A DNA stretch of 64,000 bases from the human T2T-CHM13v2.0 reference genome, Homo sapiens. The DNA lies in assembly GCF_009914755.1 (NCBI RefSeq), contig NC_060938.1; one strand, written 5' to 3'. Positions within the stretch are counted from its first letter, which is position 1; every line of letters starts with the position of its first letter. Below are positions 12,277 to 26,501 of the stretch, in pieces. The position numbers and the translations under genes are program-made. The notes below the pieces were generated by a model. That model was given only the letters and a program-made list of their open reading frames with translations. It was not told the origin of the DNA and ran no database searches.

Positions 12277-13518
12277 TCATAGCATAATTTGAGATCAAAT
12301 GGTGAGTGGCATTATTCTGCAATTTCTACATAAACTGAAAAATCTATGCAGATTTCTTAATTTAGTATCTGCAGGGTACAAATATCTAAAATATCCATTG
12401 AAATGCTTCACTGATTGTGCTTCTTTTTATTTTTGTCTTTTTTGATGAACTTTTTTGGTGTCTCATAGTCAAAGTCTGTACTTACACAGAGATGAGAAAA
12501 ATCCAGTCACAGGAAGTTTCTGGTGTCATTGTCTAATACTATTCTCATGCAGAGACATCCTTTCTAACTGAGAAAGGTTTTAGACGCATATGTAAACTAA
12601 TTGAATTGAGAGGAAGTCTTTTATTCATAGTCCAACAAAATAAGCTCAGTGCCCTTTCATTTATATTTACCAAGTAATCACAGTAATCATCAGATATATT
12701 TTGATTTGCTGCATATAAAGTTAAAAAATAACTGCTGACTTCTTTCTAGTATATAATTTAAGAAAATTTTTATAATTTTTCTCATTAAAATACATTTACA
12801 GTAAAATTTTTGTATAATATAAACAAAAGACTTGTCAACCATCTCTTAATTTTGCTGTTTCCTCACTGGCAACTCTTTCTCATTATTATTTGCTAATTCC
12901 TTTTTTATTACTGACCTCTTAACATTGTAGTAAACCTTTCCTTATTCATTTAAACATATTCTCTTAGTTTCTGGTACCAATCTTATTACCTTAAATACCT
13001 TTTTAAATGTCAATGATTCCCAAATTTATCTCCACCATGAATCTCTTCCTGAACTCCTGATTCATATATCAAAGGGCCTACCAAACAGCTCCATGTGGAT
13101 ATCTCATAAATATCTCAAACTTAACATTTTCCAAACCAAATTGCTGGACTTACCTCCAAATGCTCCACCCAATGCTTTTCCATCTTTCTGGTTACTGAGG
13201 GTAAAGTTGGAATTTTTCTTAACTGCTCTCTTTTCTTTATATAAATCCATGTTCACATCTACTCCATCCATAAGTATTAATATATTTTCAAAACGTATGG
13301 AGGATCCAACTCTTTCTCACCATCTCCATTGTCACCACTCTAGTCCAAGCTAACATCACCTCTCTTCTTGATTATTGCATTGGTCTTCTAATTGGTGTCT
13401 TGCTGGTATATCTCCGTCTCCCCAAACTGTCTATTATCTATACTGTATTCAGAGTAATTAAGTTAAAACTGAGGTCAGATGATGTCCCTCTGTTCAAAAT
13501 CATCCAATGACAGCCCTT

Positions 13519-14285
<767 letters not shown>

Positions 14286-14319
14286 GTGTATTTCTGCATT
14301 TTATTTAGAGTAGAGGCGT

Positions 14320-14540
14320 GTAGTTGTGAGTAATGTTGTTCTCTTGAGGATATTGGTAATTTCCAGAGACATTTTTGATGGTTGTGACCGCAGCTGCTAT
14401 GGGCATCTGCTAGATACCCACTCTGGGATGTTTTTAAACATCCTACAGTGCACAGGACAGCCTCACAAAATGAAGAATTATCAGGCCTAAAATATTAATA
14501 GTGTCAAAGAATAAAATTTCTCTAGTTTGAGAAACCTCAC
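14320..14540 (+). mobile_element. MER20 hAT-Charlie DNA transposon
   Basis: gagacattttt...ggcatct...taaacatcctacagtgcacaggacagcc...gaattatcaggcctaaaatattaatagtg...tgagaaacc. Confidence 0.85.
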
Positions 14541-16959
14541 TCTTGGAGTAAGAGTCAGGATACTTACAGTGGCCTAAAGGCCCTTCAGCAACTGTCTCCT
14601 CTTCTCTATCCCAATGACATTCACCTTTTCCTTTCTCCAGCACTCCTTACTCCTCCCTTTTTTGGAATACTTATCTTTCTGATACCAGCATCATGAATTT
14701 TCTCACCTCCTTCAGGTCTTTATTCAAATGTCACCTTCTTGATGACATCTTCTATCCCAATAACCCCATTTAAATTGTCATGATCTCAAGCACTGCTAAT
14801 TTCCCTTACCTGGCTCTATTAATTTCTAAAATATTCATCACCTTCTATTTTACTAAGCCATATACTTACTGATTAAGTTTATTGTCAATTTTCTATCATG
14901 TCACACCAAAACTGACTTACATAAGAACAGATATTTTTCGTGTTTACTCAGTGATATGTCTCAGTGCTTAAAATAATGCCTGAAACATGGTAGTGCTCAA
15001 TAAATGTCTGAGTAATCAATAACATATTTGAATATATGAATTAATCAATAAGTGAAAATGCTTGTCATTCACCACACAAAGATAACCACTATATTTTCTA
15101 AAAGTGTACAAATAGAACAAAATTGTATGCCCATGAAGTAGACTATATAGAAGTACATGAAGTTGAAGTATTAAGACTTTTTTCCTTCAAATAAGTTTAA
15201 ATGTTTCATTTATGATTATAAAGAAAAGATACATGATGTTATTTTGAAATTGACCATTAACACTGTAAAGTAGTTATCTCCTGGGGCCATGTGTGTAATT
15301 CAGGTGATGCACAATTCAAAGCCTTTCTTAACCTGCTCTTGGGGCTCTGATATTTCTAACCTTATGACACATTATTTTGAACGGCACTGATAGAGGCAAA
15401 TCACGTTACTCATCAGAACCAAGCCTGCTGAGTAAAGAGAGGGAATGAATAAACCATGTGAAGTATTTAGTGGGACTATAAAGTAACAGATACCTTGGGT
15501 AATACCACTACCCATATCTAAATAAGAGTGCTTCTTTAAATAAATCTCTTTGGATCTCTACTCACTTATTCTACTTCATTCATAGTTTATATAATGGTAT
15601 GAAGACAACAATGGAAAGCTACAGAATGTATCAAGAAGCATTGATACACAGGCTCCAAATGAGAAGTAAAACATTATAACATTTTATAAATAGTGGTAAA
15701 TAAAAAATACGTAAACACAAATAAACTTACAAATATAGCTAAAGAAATGTGGCAAGTCACCCTTAGTATACCATATGACAAATAGTAGTAAATAAAATAT
15801 TCAATGGGTTAATAAAGATATATTGATCAATGAGTGAAATTAGTCTGGAATTTATTTTCAAAACAAATACAGCAGCTTTCCTTCTTAGGAAATGGTAATT
15901 CTCCTCTGAAAAGCCTATATTATTCTCTGAGAGCCCAGACAATTTCTCAAACAGAAGTACTACCTGCACAGATTCTATATTTTCTTGAAAATGTTTCCCT
16001 TAGATTTATCCTTAACAGAGTGACTCTTAATTTGAAATACTATAATAATGCAATAGGTCTGGCAAGTTCCTAATGCTCAACTCATGACACAATGAACAAA
16101 AATATGGCATTTTTTGTAAATGTGGGTATTTAATATATCAAGGACAATATTGCCTCAATGGCTTTCAAAGGAGCAAATGATTATAGATTAAAAATTCAGA
16201 AGGAATGATTATTAACAATGTTAAATAGTAGCCAAAGTGTTGACCTATTTATGCCAATTTATTTTAGTTCTAAACAAAGTGAGTAAGTATTATAGGAAAG
16301 ATCATGGGTGGTAAATGACATTTTTTATTACTTGGGACATTAGAAAAATTAACTTTCTGGAAAGTTAGAGTGCTCTTTATGAGAAGCATTTATACTGCCT
16401 CATGGCATAACTCAATTCATTTCTTTTTATTTCTACTAGGTAACTGAATGTTGCACTGTTTATGAAATCAAAATACTCTGATTGCTTTGGTCCTTTTTTA
16501 GGGTCATTCAGATACTAGCAGCCCATTGAGAAATTTAAGTGGAATTTGGAAGTGAGCAATAAAACATGAAAGACCTGACAGACTTGATTTATGAGTTCAG
16601 ATTAATATAATTACAGAGTACATATTTTAGGGATAAAAATAATAATCCTAAAGGGAAACTATCATTAATAAAACAAGTATAACTACTGCAATTGGGCAAG
16701 ATAGCAAATTACATCATAAAGACAGACAAACAATGGATAGATTTGTTAAGAGAGCTTAACACTGCACTGCAAAGAAACATGACAAAGAACATATAGACTA
16801 AGTATCAAAAATTATAATCTAAGAGAACCTGTACCAGCTGTGAGACATTCTCCCGAGGGAAGCAATGAGGACCAAAAAGATCTCATGTACTTACAATGGA
16901 ATGAAACTAAGAAATCAGAAATTATTTTGTTTGTGTGAATGATTAAGACTGCTTTATAC

Positions 16960-16996
16960 ATTTCATTTCATTTCATTTCATTTATTTATTTATTTT
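16960..16996. repeat. (TTTCA)n-(TTTA)n microsatellite
   Basis: atttcatttcatttcatttcatttatttatttattt. Confidence 0.85.
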
Positions 16997-19084
16997 CTAA
17001 CCATACTTACATACATACTTGAAAGTGTTCTGGGCTGAAGCGAAGTTATTTTACCCTGAAGAGAGGATATTTAAATTCCATTGAGCAAAGGTAGATAATA
17101 AATACAACACCTGAGCAAGCTGCTGCTTCTTTTAAACAACAAAAAAGAGAGTATTAAAATCAACGTTCTCTTTTTCGTTCTTTTTTTTTTCGGTTGGCAT
17201 TTTGCCAAAGCCTGAACAAGAAAACCCAGAAATGATCTTTTTAGTAGGTGAGCAGAAAGTGGCACTGGTATGATTAAAGAAAGGACTTGCTCCACCTGCA
17301 TACATGATCTAACAAGAATTTATAGCTTTTCTAAAAGTGATTCCAAAGATGTGAAATCCTATCGTACCAGATTTCTCTTAACCTTTTCAGAGAAATCTTT
17401 CCATCATTCAAAAATTTCAAGCCCTCTTGATCAGCCTTAATTAGGTTGTCTCAAACGATGTGAAAGTTTTTTTTGAAAATGGCGTATAATAACTTAAGAG
17501 GGATAGAGTCTTTTAGCTTAGTTCATCCTCTTTCTTCCTCTCTTTGATACTAAGAACATGACACATGATAATTTTGGTGTGAATTTTTGCTTGTCAGGTT
17601 TTATTGGGCTGTGGACAATGGCAGAAACCTGGTAACCTGGAACACTGCTCTTCTGAGCAATCCACTGCAATTTGGGAAGAAAAGGGAGACTAAAATAATC
17701 TCCACTTGAAATTTTTCATGTAAAATTTCAAATAAAATAGCTTTTGCTAGCTGTATTTTCTTTGCTTTTAAATGAAGAGATGTTCAGCTTCCTCAATGTT
17801 TATCAAATTGGAAGAGTTATTTGAAATGAGAAATTAAGTTCTTATCCCAGCAAAATGGTCAAGAGCAGCGATCTCGTGGTGATTTGTGAGTCTTTCAAAA
17901 CAGGCATCTAGTTCTCAGGCTGAGCTAGTTTCACCACAGATGAAGCAGTGGGTTACCAGAGCTGTCCTGCCCCTTGAGTTTTATGGGAATGGCTTATGCC
18001 ACCAAAAAGTAGCATTATTTTATGCTTCCTCAAATCTGAACACAAGTTAGTTAGACTGGAGGTATATTGTTGATTCCTTTTCTCCATCTGGTTTTATAGT
18101 TAATGCACTTAATGTTCTTAAAATAAATAGTCTCAAATATAAACTTTAAATAGATTAAATTTTTACATTCCTTAGCAATTGAAATACACATGATTTCTTG
18201 GAGTTTCTTTTCTCATCTCTTCAAACATTTGGGCAAATTCGATGTGTTCATCTTTACACATGAGAAATAAGGTATTGGCACACATTTCTAATAGGGTCAA
18301 AAAGGTAACATCTGGTAAACCAAGACAGATATTATTTTAAAACACTTATTCCTGGATTGGAAATAAATTGTGAAAAAGAAAGTTCAGTTACCTTTGATGA
18401 AATTTAACAAATATGTGAACACTAACCTAAAACTGCCAAGTATTAGCACTGAACTTGGCTAAAGATTTATTTCCTATTTTAAGTTTAAATGAGTTTGAGA
18501 TTTCAGTATCTGTGGGATTCTCTGAGCTTCAAAGTTGTCAAATAAACAACAACAACAACAACAAAACCTCCCATTCTCAGTTTTATCTGTCTCCTGGACT
18601 ATATTTTAAATCAGTAAAAATGTCAATGATTTAGATTAATTCTTAAAATTTGATAGTGGTCCAGACAGCTGAATTTGCACAATGAAAACTAATAATTGAA
18701 ATGAGGAAATGTTGGTTTAAGATGGTTTTTATTTTATGAGACCAGGTTCACAAAATCCTGGGCCAAAATATTGTAATCCCCATTGATAAAGTAGGTTACT
18801 TAAGCTTTGTTTGAGTTCATTAATGCAAATAATAACTTGAGAAGGGGAAGTATATCTATGTAAATTAACTTATAGTCTCTGATTAGCAAAACTAAAATGT
18901 AAAAGTACTATTAGTTATAATGACTCTCTACATTATTATTTCTATCTTATTTTATAAAGATTCTCTTGAAGTATATTGGTTTGACATGGTATTTCAGAAA
19001 TATGCTCAAGATATATTTCTTAGTATTAACTTCAACCATCTCTATCAGGAGAAACCATTTCTTCAAAGTCTAGGTCACATACAC

Positions 19085-19230
19085 ATATACATTATATATA
19101 TTGTACATAACTAATATATACTGTATATAAAATATATGATATATACTAGAAATGGTATTGTATATATCATATACAATATATAAGTGTATTATGTATAATT
19201 TTAGATATATATTATATATAACATATATGA
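19085..19230. repeat. TA-rich low-complexity tract
   Basis: Degenerate (TA)n. Confidence 0.75.
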
Positions 19231-20189
19231 GATTATAAATATCAATTAATCAAATACACATGTGCCCCTGATGTCAGGTATTTTACACTGGATTTTTTAT
19301 TATCCCTTAATTTAAACCATGGCAAAAAAAAATTTGCTGTAAATTTGACATGAATAATATTATACCTTCAGGAAATAAAATTATATTCAGCATAGCTATA
19401 ACTTGTGGATGTTATATATTTATAGAAGTCTGTTGCATGATGTTTTTCCACTAAGATTTAATTCAGCAGTTTATTGTTACACTTTAGACTCTGTGTATAT
19501 CTTTTAAATGAGAGTATTTATACTTAAAAGAATCTACTACCTATGATCGGCACTGAATGGCCATCTCATAACCGACTTGCTACAGCATATATTCTCTGTC
19601 TGTCTTATCCTACAACAGTCATGTATAAATGCCTTTCTTTTGGTTCCTTTTTATCTTTTGGTTCCTAATATCCTTTTGACAATAAAGGACATAGTGTTCA
19701 TGACATTTAAAGTAAGTCACCTATTCACTTCTTGAGTGACAGCTGTAGCCTTGCCAGAGGAAAAGGTAGGAGGGAGGTCCCTCCTTTCCTGAAATGTGTG
19801 ACAGCGGATGTCAGGAGCACCTCCTCCCCAATACTTAAGCACTAGAATTTGCTTTATGCCCAGTTTTAAAACTGCCATGGCTTCACTTTCTCTGGTGGCT
19901 TAAAGGAAATTAAAAAAAAAAAATAGGTGAATATTCATGGCTTGGCTTTAATTTTATCTCAGATTAGAAAGGTGCTTTCAGTCATTAATTCAATCAGTCA
20001 ATTACTCAATGCATGCTAACTATATCCGCATGCTTATTAGATGCTGGGAACTATCAGTAACCTGACCCAAGGATCTCACAGTCAAGTGCAATGACAGCCT
20101 CCACCTCCAGTCTATCTGCATTCTCACCATGCTTTTAAAATAATTTGCAGCCACCACCTATGCTAAGCTTTCAACATTCCTGATGTTTC

Positions 20190-20520
20190 TCCTTTTTATT
20201 CCTTTGTATGTCTGGCAAACGTCTAATAGTTCCTCAAGACTCAAATGACTTATGTCCTCCTCTACAATCTCTATCCCCTGAAGGTCTCAGAACATGTTAG
20301 GACTTCTTTGCTCTCTGTTCCATAGCCCCTGCATGCACCCCTGGTAGAGAACACTTACCACATCATTTTGTAGCACTCTGTTTATCTGTCTGCCTCCCCA
20401 TCTAGACAGTGAGCAACTTGAGAGCAGGATTTTTTCTCTGATCATTGATGTATCACCAAAGCCTGTCTCAGAGTTTGGCAGAAGATATATTGGAAGAAAG
20501 AAAAGAAATGAAGTGAAATG
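20190..20520 (+). mobile_element. L2b/c LINE 3' end
   Basis: tttatctgtctgcctccccatctagacagtgagcaacttgagagcagga...tgtatcacca..gcct...agagtttggca. Confidence 0.75.
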
Positions 20521-21112
20521 AAATGAAATAGACACCCTTGGCAAATGAGCCCCTGGAGTATCCTTGTGAGCCTCCTATTATGGAATTTCAGTTTCTCCAG
20601 AGTGCACATGTTGGTAAGTGAGTGGGTGGGGGTTGCTGTCTAAATATTAAAATAAAACACATTCAAATAATTTATTTTACTCCCTTTTTAAAACGCCAAA
20701 ACACAATGCTTTATTAAAGGTATAAACAAAACAAAGCAAAACAAAAATATATCACCAACAATCATGATTAACATCTGGTATTTGAAATTTCTGCAGAGGC
20801 AATTTCCCAATGGAGTCTCGGAGCTAAGCCTACTACAGCCTCTTGAGATTGTCATTCGGCAGTCTAGGTTTAATAGAACAAAGGGGATGATCTATTGCCT
20901 GGAGGCCAAATGGTGCTCTTTCAACCTGGTATCTGTCAAGATAGGAAGAAGATAATGCCACTTTACATCATTTACAATGAGACTGGAGCAGCAGAAAGCA
21001 AGCAGGTTGCAAGTGTACAGCTCACATAGCTTCCTTGAGGCTTTCCGATTCTCAGAAACAATGCATATTTATTTTAAGATTAGCTGCCTGAATGGCAAAA
21101 GAATCACACAAA

Positions 21113-21117
21113 ACACG

Positions 21118-21170
<53 letters not shown>

Positions 21171-21171
21171 G
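21113..21171. repeat. Compound (CA)n/(CG)n alternating purine-pyrimidine tract
   Basis: acacgcacgcgcgcac(ac)n atatg. Confidence 0.9.
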
Positions 21172-21499
21172 GAGCCAAGCAAAGACAGAAAGAGGTTGAA
21201 AGTCCTTTGCAATAAAACTGAAGGTAAACTTAAACTTCTTATCTTAACAAAATAACAATATCTTAATTTATTTCAATTTGCAAACATGCAAAAAATTATG
21301 GATGAAAAAGGAAATACTATTTTAAGAGGAATCTTTTTAGTGCAGCACAAATCCATTTTATAATATAAGTATAAATTATTTGTAATCTAATCTAACATGT
21401 ATACACATTTATTCATATCGAATTCATAATCGAATCTAATTTAACATGAATGCACACTTACATACTAATAAAATTAGAATATAATACTTAATTTAAATT

Positions 21500-22560
21500 A
21501 TCAGATCAATAATATTTTTTGTTTTATCTTAGTTGCTGAATAAATTTTTTACTGCATCCATGAGCCTTGATTTACTTAGTACATCCTAAGTAAATTATCC
21601 CTCATATCCTAAGTAAATTAGGGAAATTGTTGCATCTAATTTGAGTCTGTATTATAGAATCCTGCAATGACCATCCTCATAATACATATTTTGTCTCTTT
21701 AGGATAAAGTCCAGGGTTAGAGTTCTTTAATCACAAGATGAGATTATTGTGAGGGCTCTTGTTTTGCACTCGTGTGCTCATTAAAGGCATTGAAATTCCC
21801 ATGTCAGGAGCACAGGTTAAGTACATCAGCTTTACCAACTCATAGCAATGCCTTTTCATTTTACAACAATGCATTTATTTAATAAATCTAAACAGTTGTT
21901 TGATTGCTTATATTTTGTGAGTTTTTAAGTTAGGTATAAATTTTCCCTTCATACACTGTGCTCATGTATTTATTAGTGGATAAATGTTATAGATTGAGTC
22001 AAGTCTTTATATAGAATAGATATAAACTGCTTGTAATTTTTAAAGTTTTAGGTATAAATAACTTTTGAATTTGTATATATTTGAAGCTCTCCAAATTTTC
22101 TTTGGGAATATTTTCATCATTATAAAGCAGGGAAAATTAAATTTCTCCCCAAATCTGATACATGTTATTTTGCTTTAGGTAGTCTTGTTTCCTCCTATAT
22201 TTTGTGTTTAATAAAAAGCTTTGAATCCAACTGAAATTTTCTTAGGATAGTAAAATGAATAGATTAAATTTCATTATTTATAAATTTTTAAATTTAAATT
22301 GTTAGCCTATTATCTCAGTATTGCCTATGACATAATATTTTCTTGCTTCCTTGTTTTGAAAGTTTATTTTTTCATATACATTGAGCTTTTATAAATTAGT
22401 GGAACTATTTATGGCTTTCTGTTGATGTCTGCTTTCATTTTGTGCCAGTATTATATTATTTTAAATATTATTGAAGTTTTATAGGGCTAGTAGTATCAGA
22501 TTGTGTTTTACCACCATTGTCCATTAATACCCTTTATGAAAATATTCTTGCCTATTTATT
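21500..22560 (-). mobile_element. Ancient L1M (L1ME-like) remnant
   Basis: cctgcaatgaccatcctcata...tctctttaggataaagtcc...; ttttgtgccagtattatattattttaaatatta resemble reverse L1M ORF2/3' sequence. Confidence 0.5.
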
Positions 22561-23519
22561 TCATGAGACCACTTAAAAAGTACACAATAATTTAAACTGC
22601 CATCAAATGGAATAATCCTTAGGAGATGTTCTATTCTGTCCAAGATGGAATCAAGCACCAAACTGCAGTAAACAAATCACAGACTACTTTAAAGTTGGAC
22701 TTAGATTTAGCTTTTAAAAAAAGATCTGTTTTTTTTTATCAGTTTTTTTTAAAATATTGAAATATAACATTTTCAGGATTTCTTCTTCTGGATTTTTTCA
22801 TAGGTTCATAAATTCAGGAGTTTCTTTTTGGAAATGAAATTCAGGAAAAGTTACTTAAGAAAGCCTGTTGTATTGCTTTGTAGTCGTATTTAGATTTTAG
22901 TCTGTTTCTCTCTAATTGTTATGTATCTTGATAATTTCATGTAATTTGGCAGACTTAACTGCAAAGGGCTATTTGTTTTTCATATTCATTAACTGTATCA
23001 AAATATTATACTGAAGTATATTTGGCTGAACTAGATGTTTCTGGTATATTAAATACAACAGTAAAAATTATTTCTAATCACACATTATACAATCAATAAC
23101 ATACTAAAGACATGAACAGCATAAATAACACAAGCTGAATAACATAAAATACAAAGCTAACAACTTTTATCTATTTTTTTCAGTAATCTGCATTACACTG
23201 ATAAAGACAAAATTATGTACATGTTTAGTCCTTTAATAGTTAATGTGGAAATGTTCAGACATACAGAACATACTAAAATCTGAAAGTTAAAAAGAGAATC
23301 TTTTGTGAGACTTACATTTAAATAAATTTTCTGTAACCTATGAATAGAAATTGAAACACAACATACTTTGACAATAGATGCTTTGGTATTTTCTGTGTTT
23401 TCTTCTATGGATGTGTAAAGTACATTGTGCAAGCAACAACCCTTAGTTATTTGTCAAGATGGGTCAGGAAAACAAGCCAAGATAGAGAACTACTTCTTTT
23501 ATAAGAACAGTTAAAATCA

Positions 23520-24944
23520 TGACAGCGGCAAGAGGCAGACAAATTCCTAGGCAGAAAGGGGCGGGTACCCAGTGAACCCAAGCAACCTTCAAGCCAAAAG
23601 ACAGCATGAAGCCAGAAAACCAGGCTGCCTGTTCTGGGTAAAGTTCATGACCTGCAGTGAGAACTTCCTTGATGCCTTTTAGCCAAATAAAATGGTGCTT
23701 TTCCCAGACCTGCTCTATTAATCTGTTTTCATGCTGCTGATAAGGACATACCCAAGACTGGGTAATTTATAAAGAAAAAAGAAGTTTAATCATTCACAGT
23801 TCCATGTGGCTGGGGTGGCCTCACAATCATGGCATAAGGTGAAAGACACATCTTACATAGTGGTAAGAAAGAGAGAATGAGAATCAAGTGAAAGGAGCAA
23901 CCCCTTATAAAACCATCAGAGCTCGTGAGACTTATTCACTACCACAAGAACAGTATGGGGAAAACTGCCCCCATGATTCAATTATCTCCCAGTGGGTTCC
24001 TCCCACAACTCGTGGAAATTATGAGAGCTACAATTCAAGGTGATATTTGGGTGGGGGACACAGCCAAACCATTTCACTTGCCCATGGACCAATTAGAATG
24101 TACTCCCAAATTCTGAGCCCATAAAAACCTTGGACTCAGCCACACAATGGGACTACCTGCCTTCAGGTAGGGGCTACCCACTTCATGTCCCCTCTCTGCT
24201 GAGAGCTGTTCTGTCACTCAATAAAATTATTCTTTGCCTTGCTCACTTTCTAGTTGTCCATGTGACCGCATTCTTCTTGTACATGGGACGAGAACCTGGG
24301 ACCAATCAAACAGCAGGTGCAGAAGGAGCTGTAACTTTGTAGCCCTCCTGCACTGGTGCTGGGCAGCTGCCCCACTGAAAAAAAGCAGCAGAGGGGCCAG
24401 GGCAGCCCAGAAGCCACGGCCTGGAGCAGGGCAGTGGGACCAAACAAACTGGGACATGCTCCTGTTCACCAGTGTGCAGCTGGCAAGAACAAATTAGGTA
24501 TAACATGAATGAGCCATAACACTTCTTGGAGACCCAGACCCCAGGACTCCCCAAGCCAGAGCTGTGACACACTGCAACACACCCTTTGGAGCTCTGCGGG
24601 TGTTGGCGTATTTGATTTTTTCGTGTGTTACCACATTTCCCTTGTCCAGATCCTGGGGCACAAGGCAGAAGCCACCTGTGGTACACCTGGTCCAGCTGCA
24701 GCTTCACATGGAGCGAGTGCCTGTGCTGGCGCCTTCAACTGCCCACCCTGCTGCAGCATCTGACACACCTAGCTCGCCCTCAGTGGGCATGAGATCCTAG
24801 CTGTGAGCCAAATGCAGCCTGCCAGACTGAGTGAGCTGAGCAAGCTCAGTGGCGAGCCTGGAGCTGAGTGAAGCCTAGGCATGAGTGCCACTAGCCATGG
24901 AAACTTCTGACTGGCAAAGTGACACCCAAAAGGATCTTATGTCA
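23520..24944 (+). mobile_element. ERV1 solo LTR (LTR27/LTR28/MER52-related), interrupted by THE1B
   Basis: TG...ggcagacaaattcctaggcag...; ctgagcccataaaaac; aataaaattattct; ends ggcaaagtgacaccc..aggatctt.tgtCA; near-TSD atca/atta. Confidence 0.75.
23714..24076 (-). mobile_element. THE1B/THE1C MaLR solo LTR
   Basis: tattaatctgttttcatgctgctgataaggacatacccaagactggg...ggggacacagccaaaccatttca; TSD cctgc/cttgc. Confidence 0.9.
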
Positions 24945-25729
24945 ATTAGAATTACTGTGCATTAATTATAGACTCATAGAAATGTATAACTAAAATAGAC
25001 CTATAGGCAACATCTAAATTAAGCCCCACAAATGAAGAGGCAGCTATGTCACAACTAAATTGTTGGAGGCTTTAATGCTAACTAGTTGCAGAACCAAAGT
25101 CACACTAGTCTTTCAACTTCTTCAACTTAACACTCTGAAACTGACAATGCTTACTTTTTGTATCTTTACTCATACTTGAATAAATAGCAAATTCCTAGCA
25201 AATTATATAAATGAATAATCAGGCCTAAAATTATATTTATGATAAGGTTTATGATAATGTTGCTTAATTGTGTACTTGATAAAATTAGATTTAATCATTA
25301 GTTTATGATTCTAATACAATTATAAAAGCCAAACAAATTCATAAATTAAATACAAATAATACAAACACTTGAAATAAGAATTTAAGTTTAATATATTGAT
25401 AATTTTGTTTCTGAAACTACATCAGCTCTCATTAATTGAATTAACTTGATTTACTTATCTTCAATGCCATGTACCAGATTAATTCAGTTCTACTATCATT
25501 TCCATGTATACAAACTGCTTTAAAAACTTTATTCTTAGAGCATACATTAGCACACATGGGTTTCAGTTGGTGCAATGGTGTTGTTTATGCATTTAGTCTC
25601 CCTAAATTCATTTCCATTTCCCTGTGATAATTAAGTTGTATATTACTCCACAAAATTTTGGAGAGTTCCAAATATGGGGGCCTGAAAATGATATGATTTA
25701 GGGAGTGCTATAAAAAACTAGAAATTGGG

Positions 25730-26035
25730 GGCTGGGGGTCCTGGCTCATGCCTGTAATCCCAGCACTTTGGGAGGCTGAAGTGAGTAGATCACCTGAGGT
25801 CAGGAGTTTGAGTCCAGCCTGACCAACATGGTGAAATCCCACCTCTACTAAAAATACAAAAATTAACTAGGTGTGGTGGCATGCGCCTGTAATCCCAGCT
25901 ACTTGGGAGGCTGCAGCAGGAGAATCGCTGAACCCGGGAGGTGAGGGTTGCAATCAGCTGAGATCATGCCATTGCACTCCAGCCTGGGCAACACAGCAAG
26001 ACTCCATCTCAAAAAAAGTAAATAAAATAAAAATA
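25730..26035 (+). mobile_element. AluS (Sx/Sq-like)
   Basis: Two-arm Alu with gatcacctgaggtcaggag; TSD tagaaatt. Confidence 0.95.
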
Positions 26036-26057
26036 ATTTAGAAATTTTCATGAGCTA

Positions 26058-26501
<444 letters not shown>

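Noticed and set aside
16415-16446. + strand YAG|GTAA recursive-splice-like motifs (also near 3825 and 60354)
   Set aside because: Such motifs are common by chance, the donors are imperfect, and the orientation conflicts with the inferred minus-strand host.
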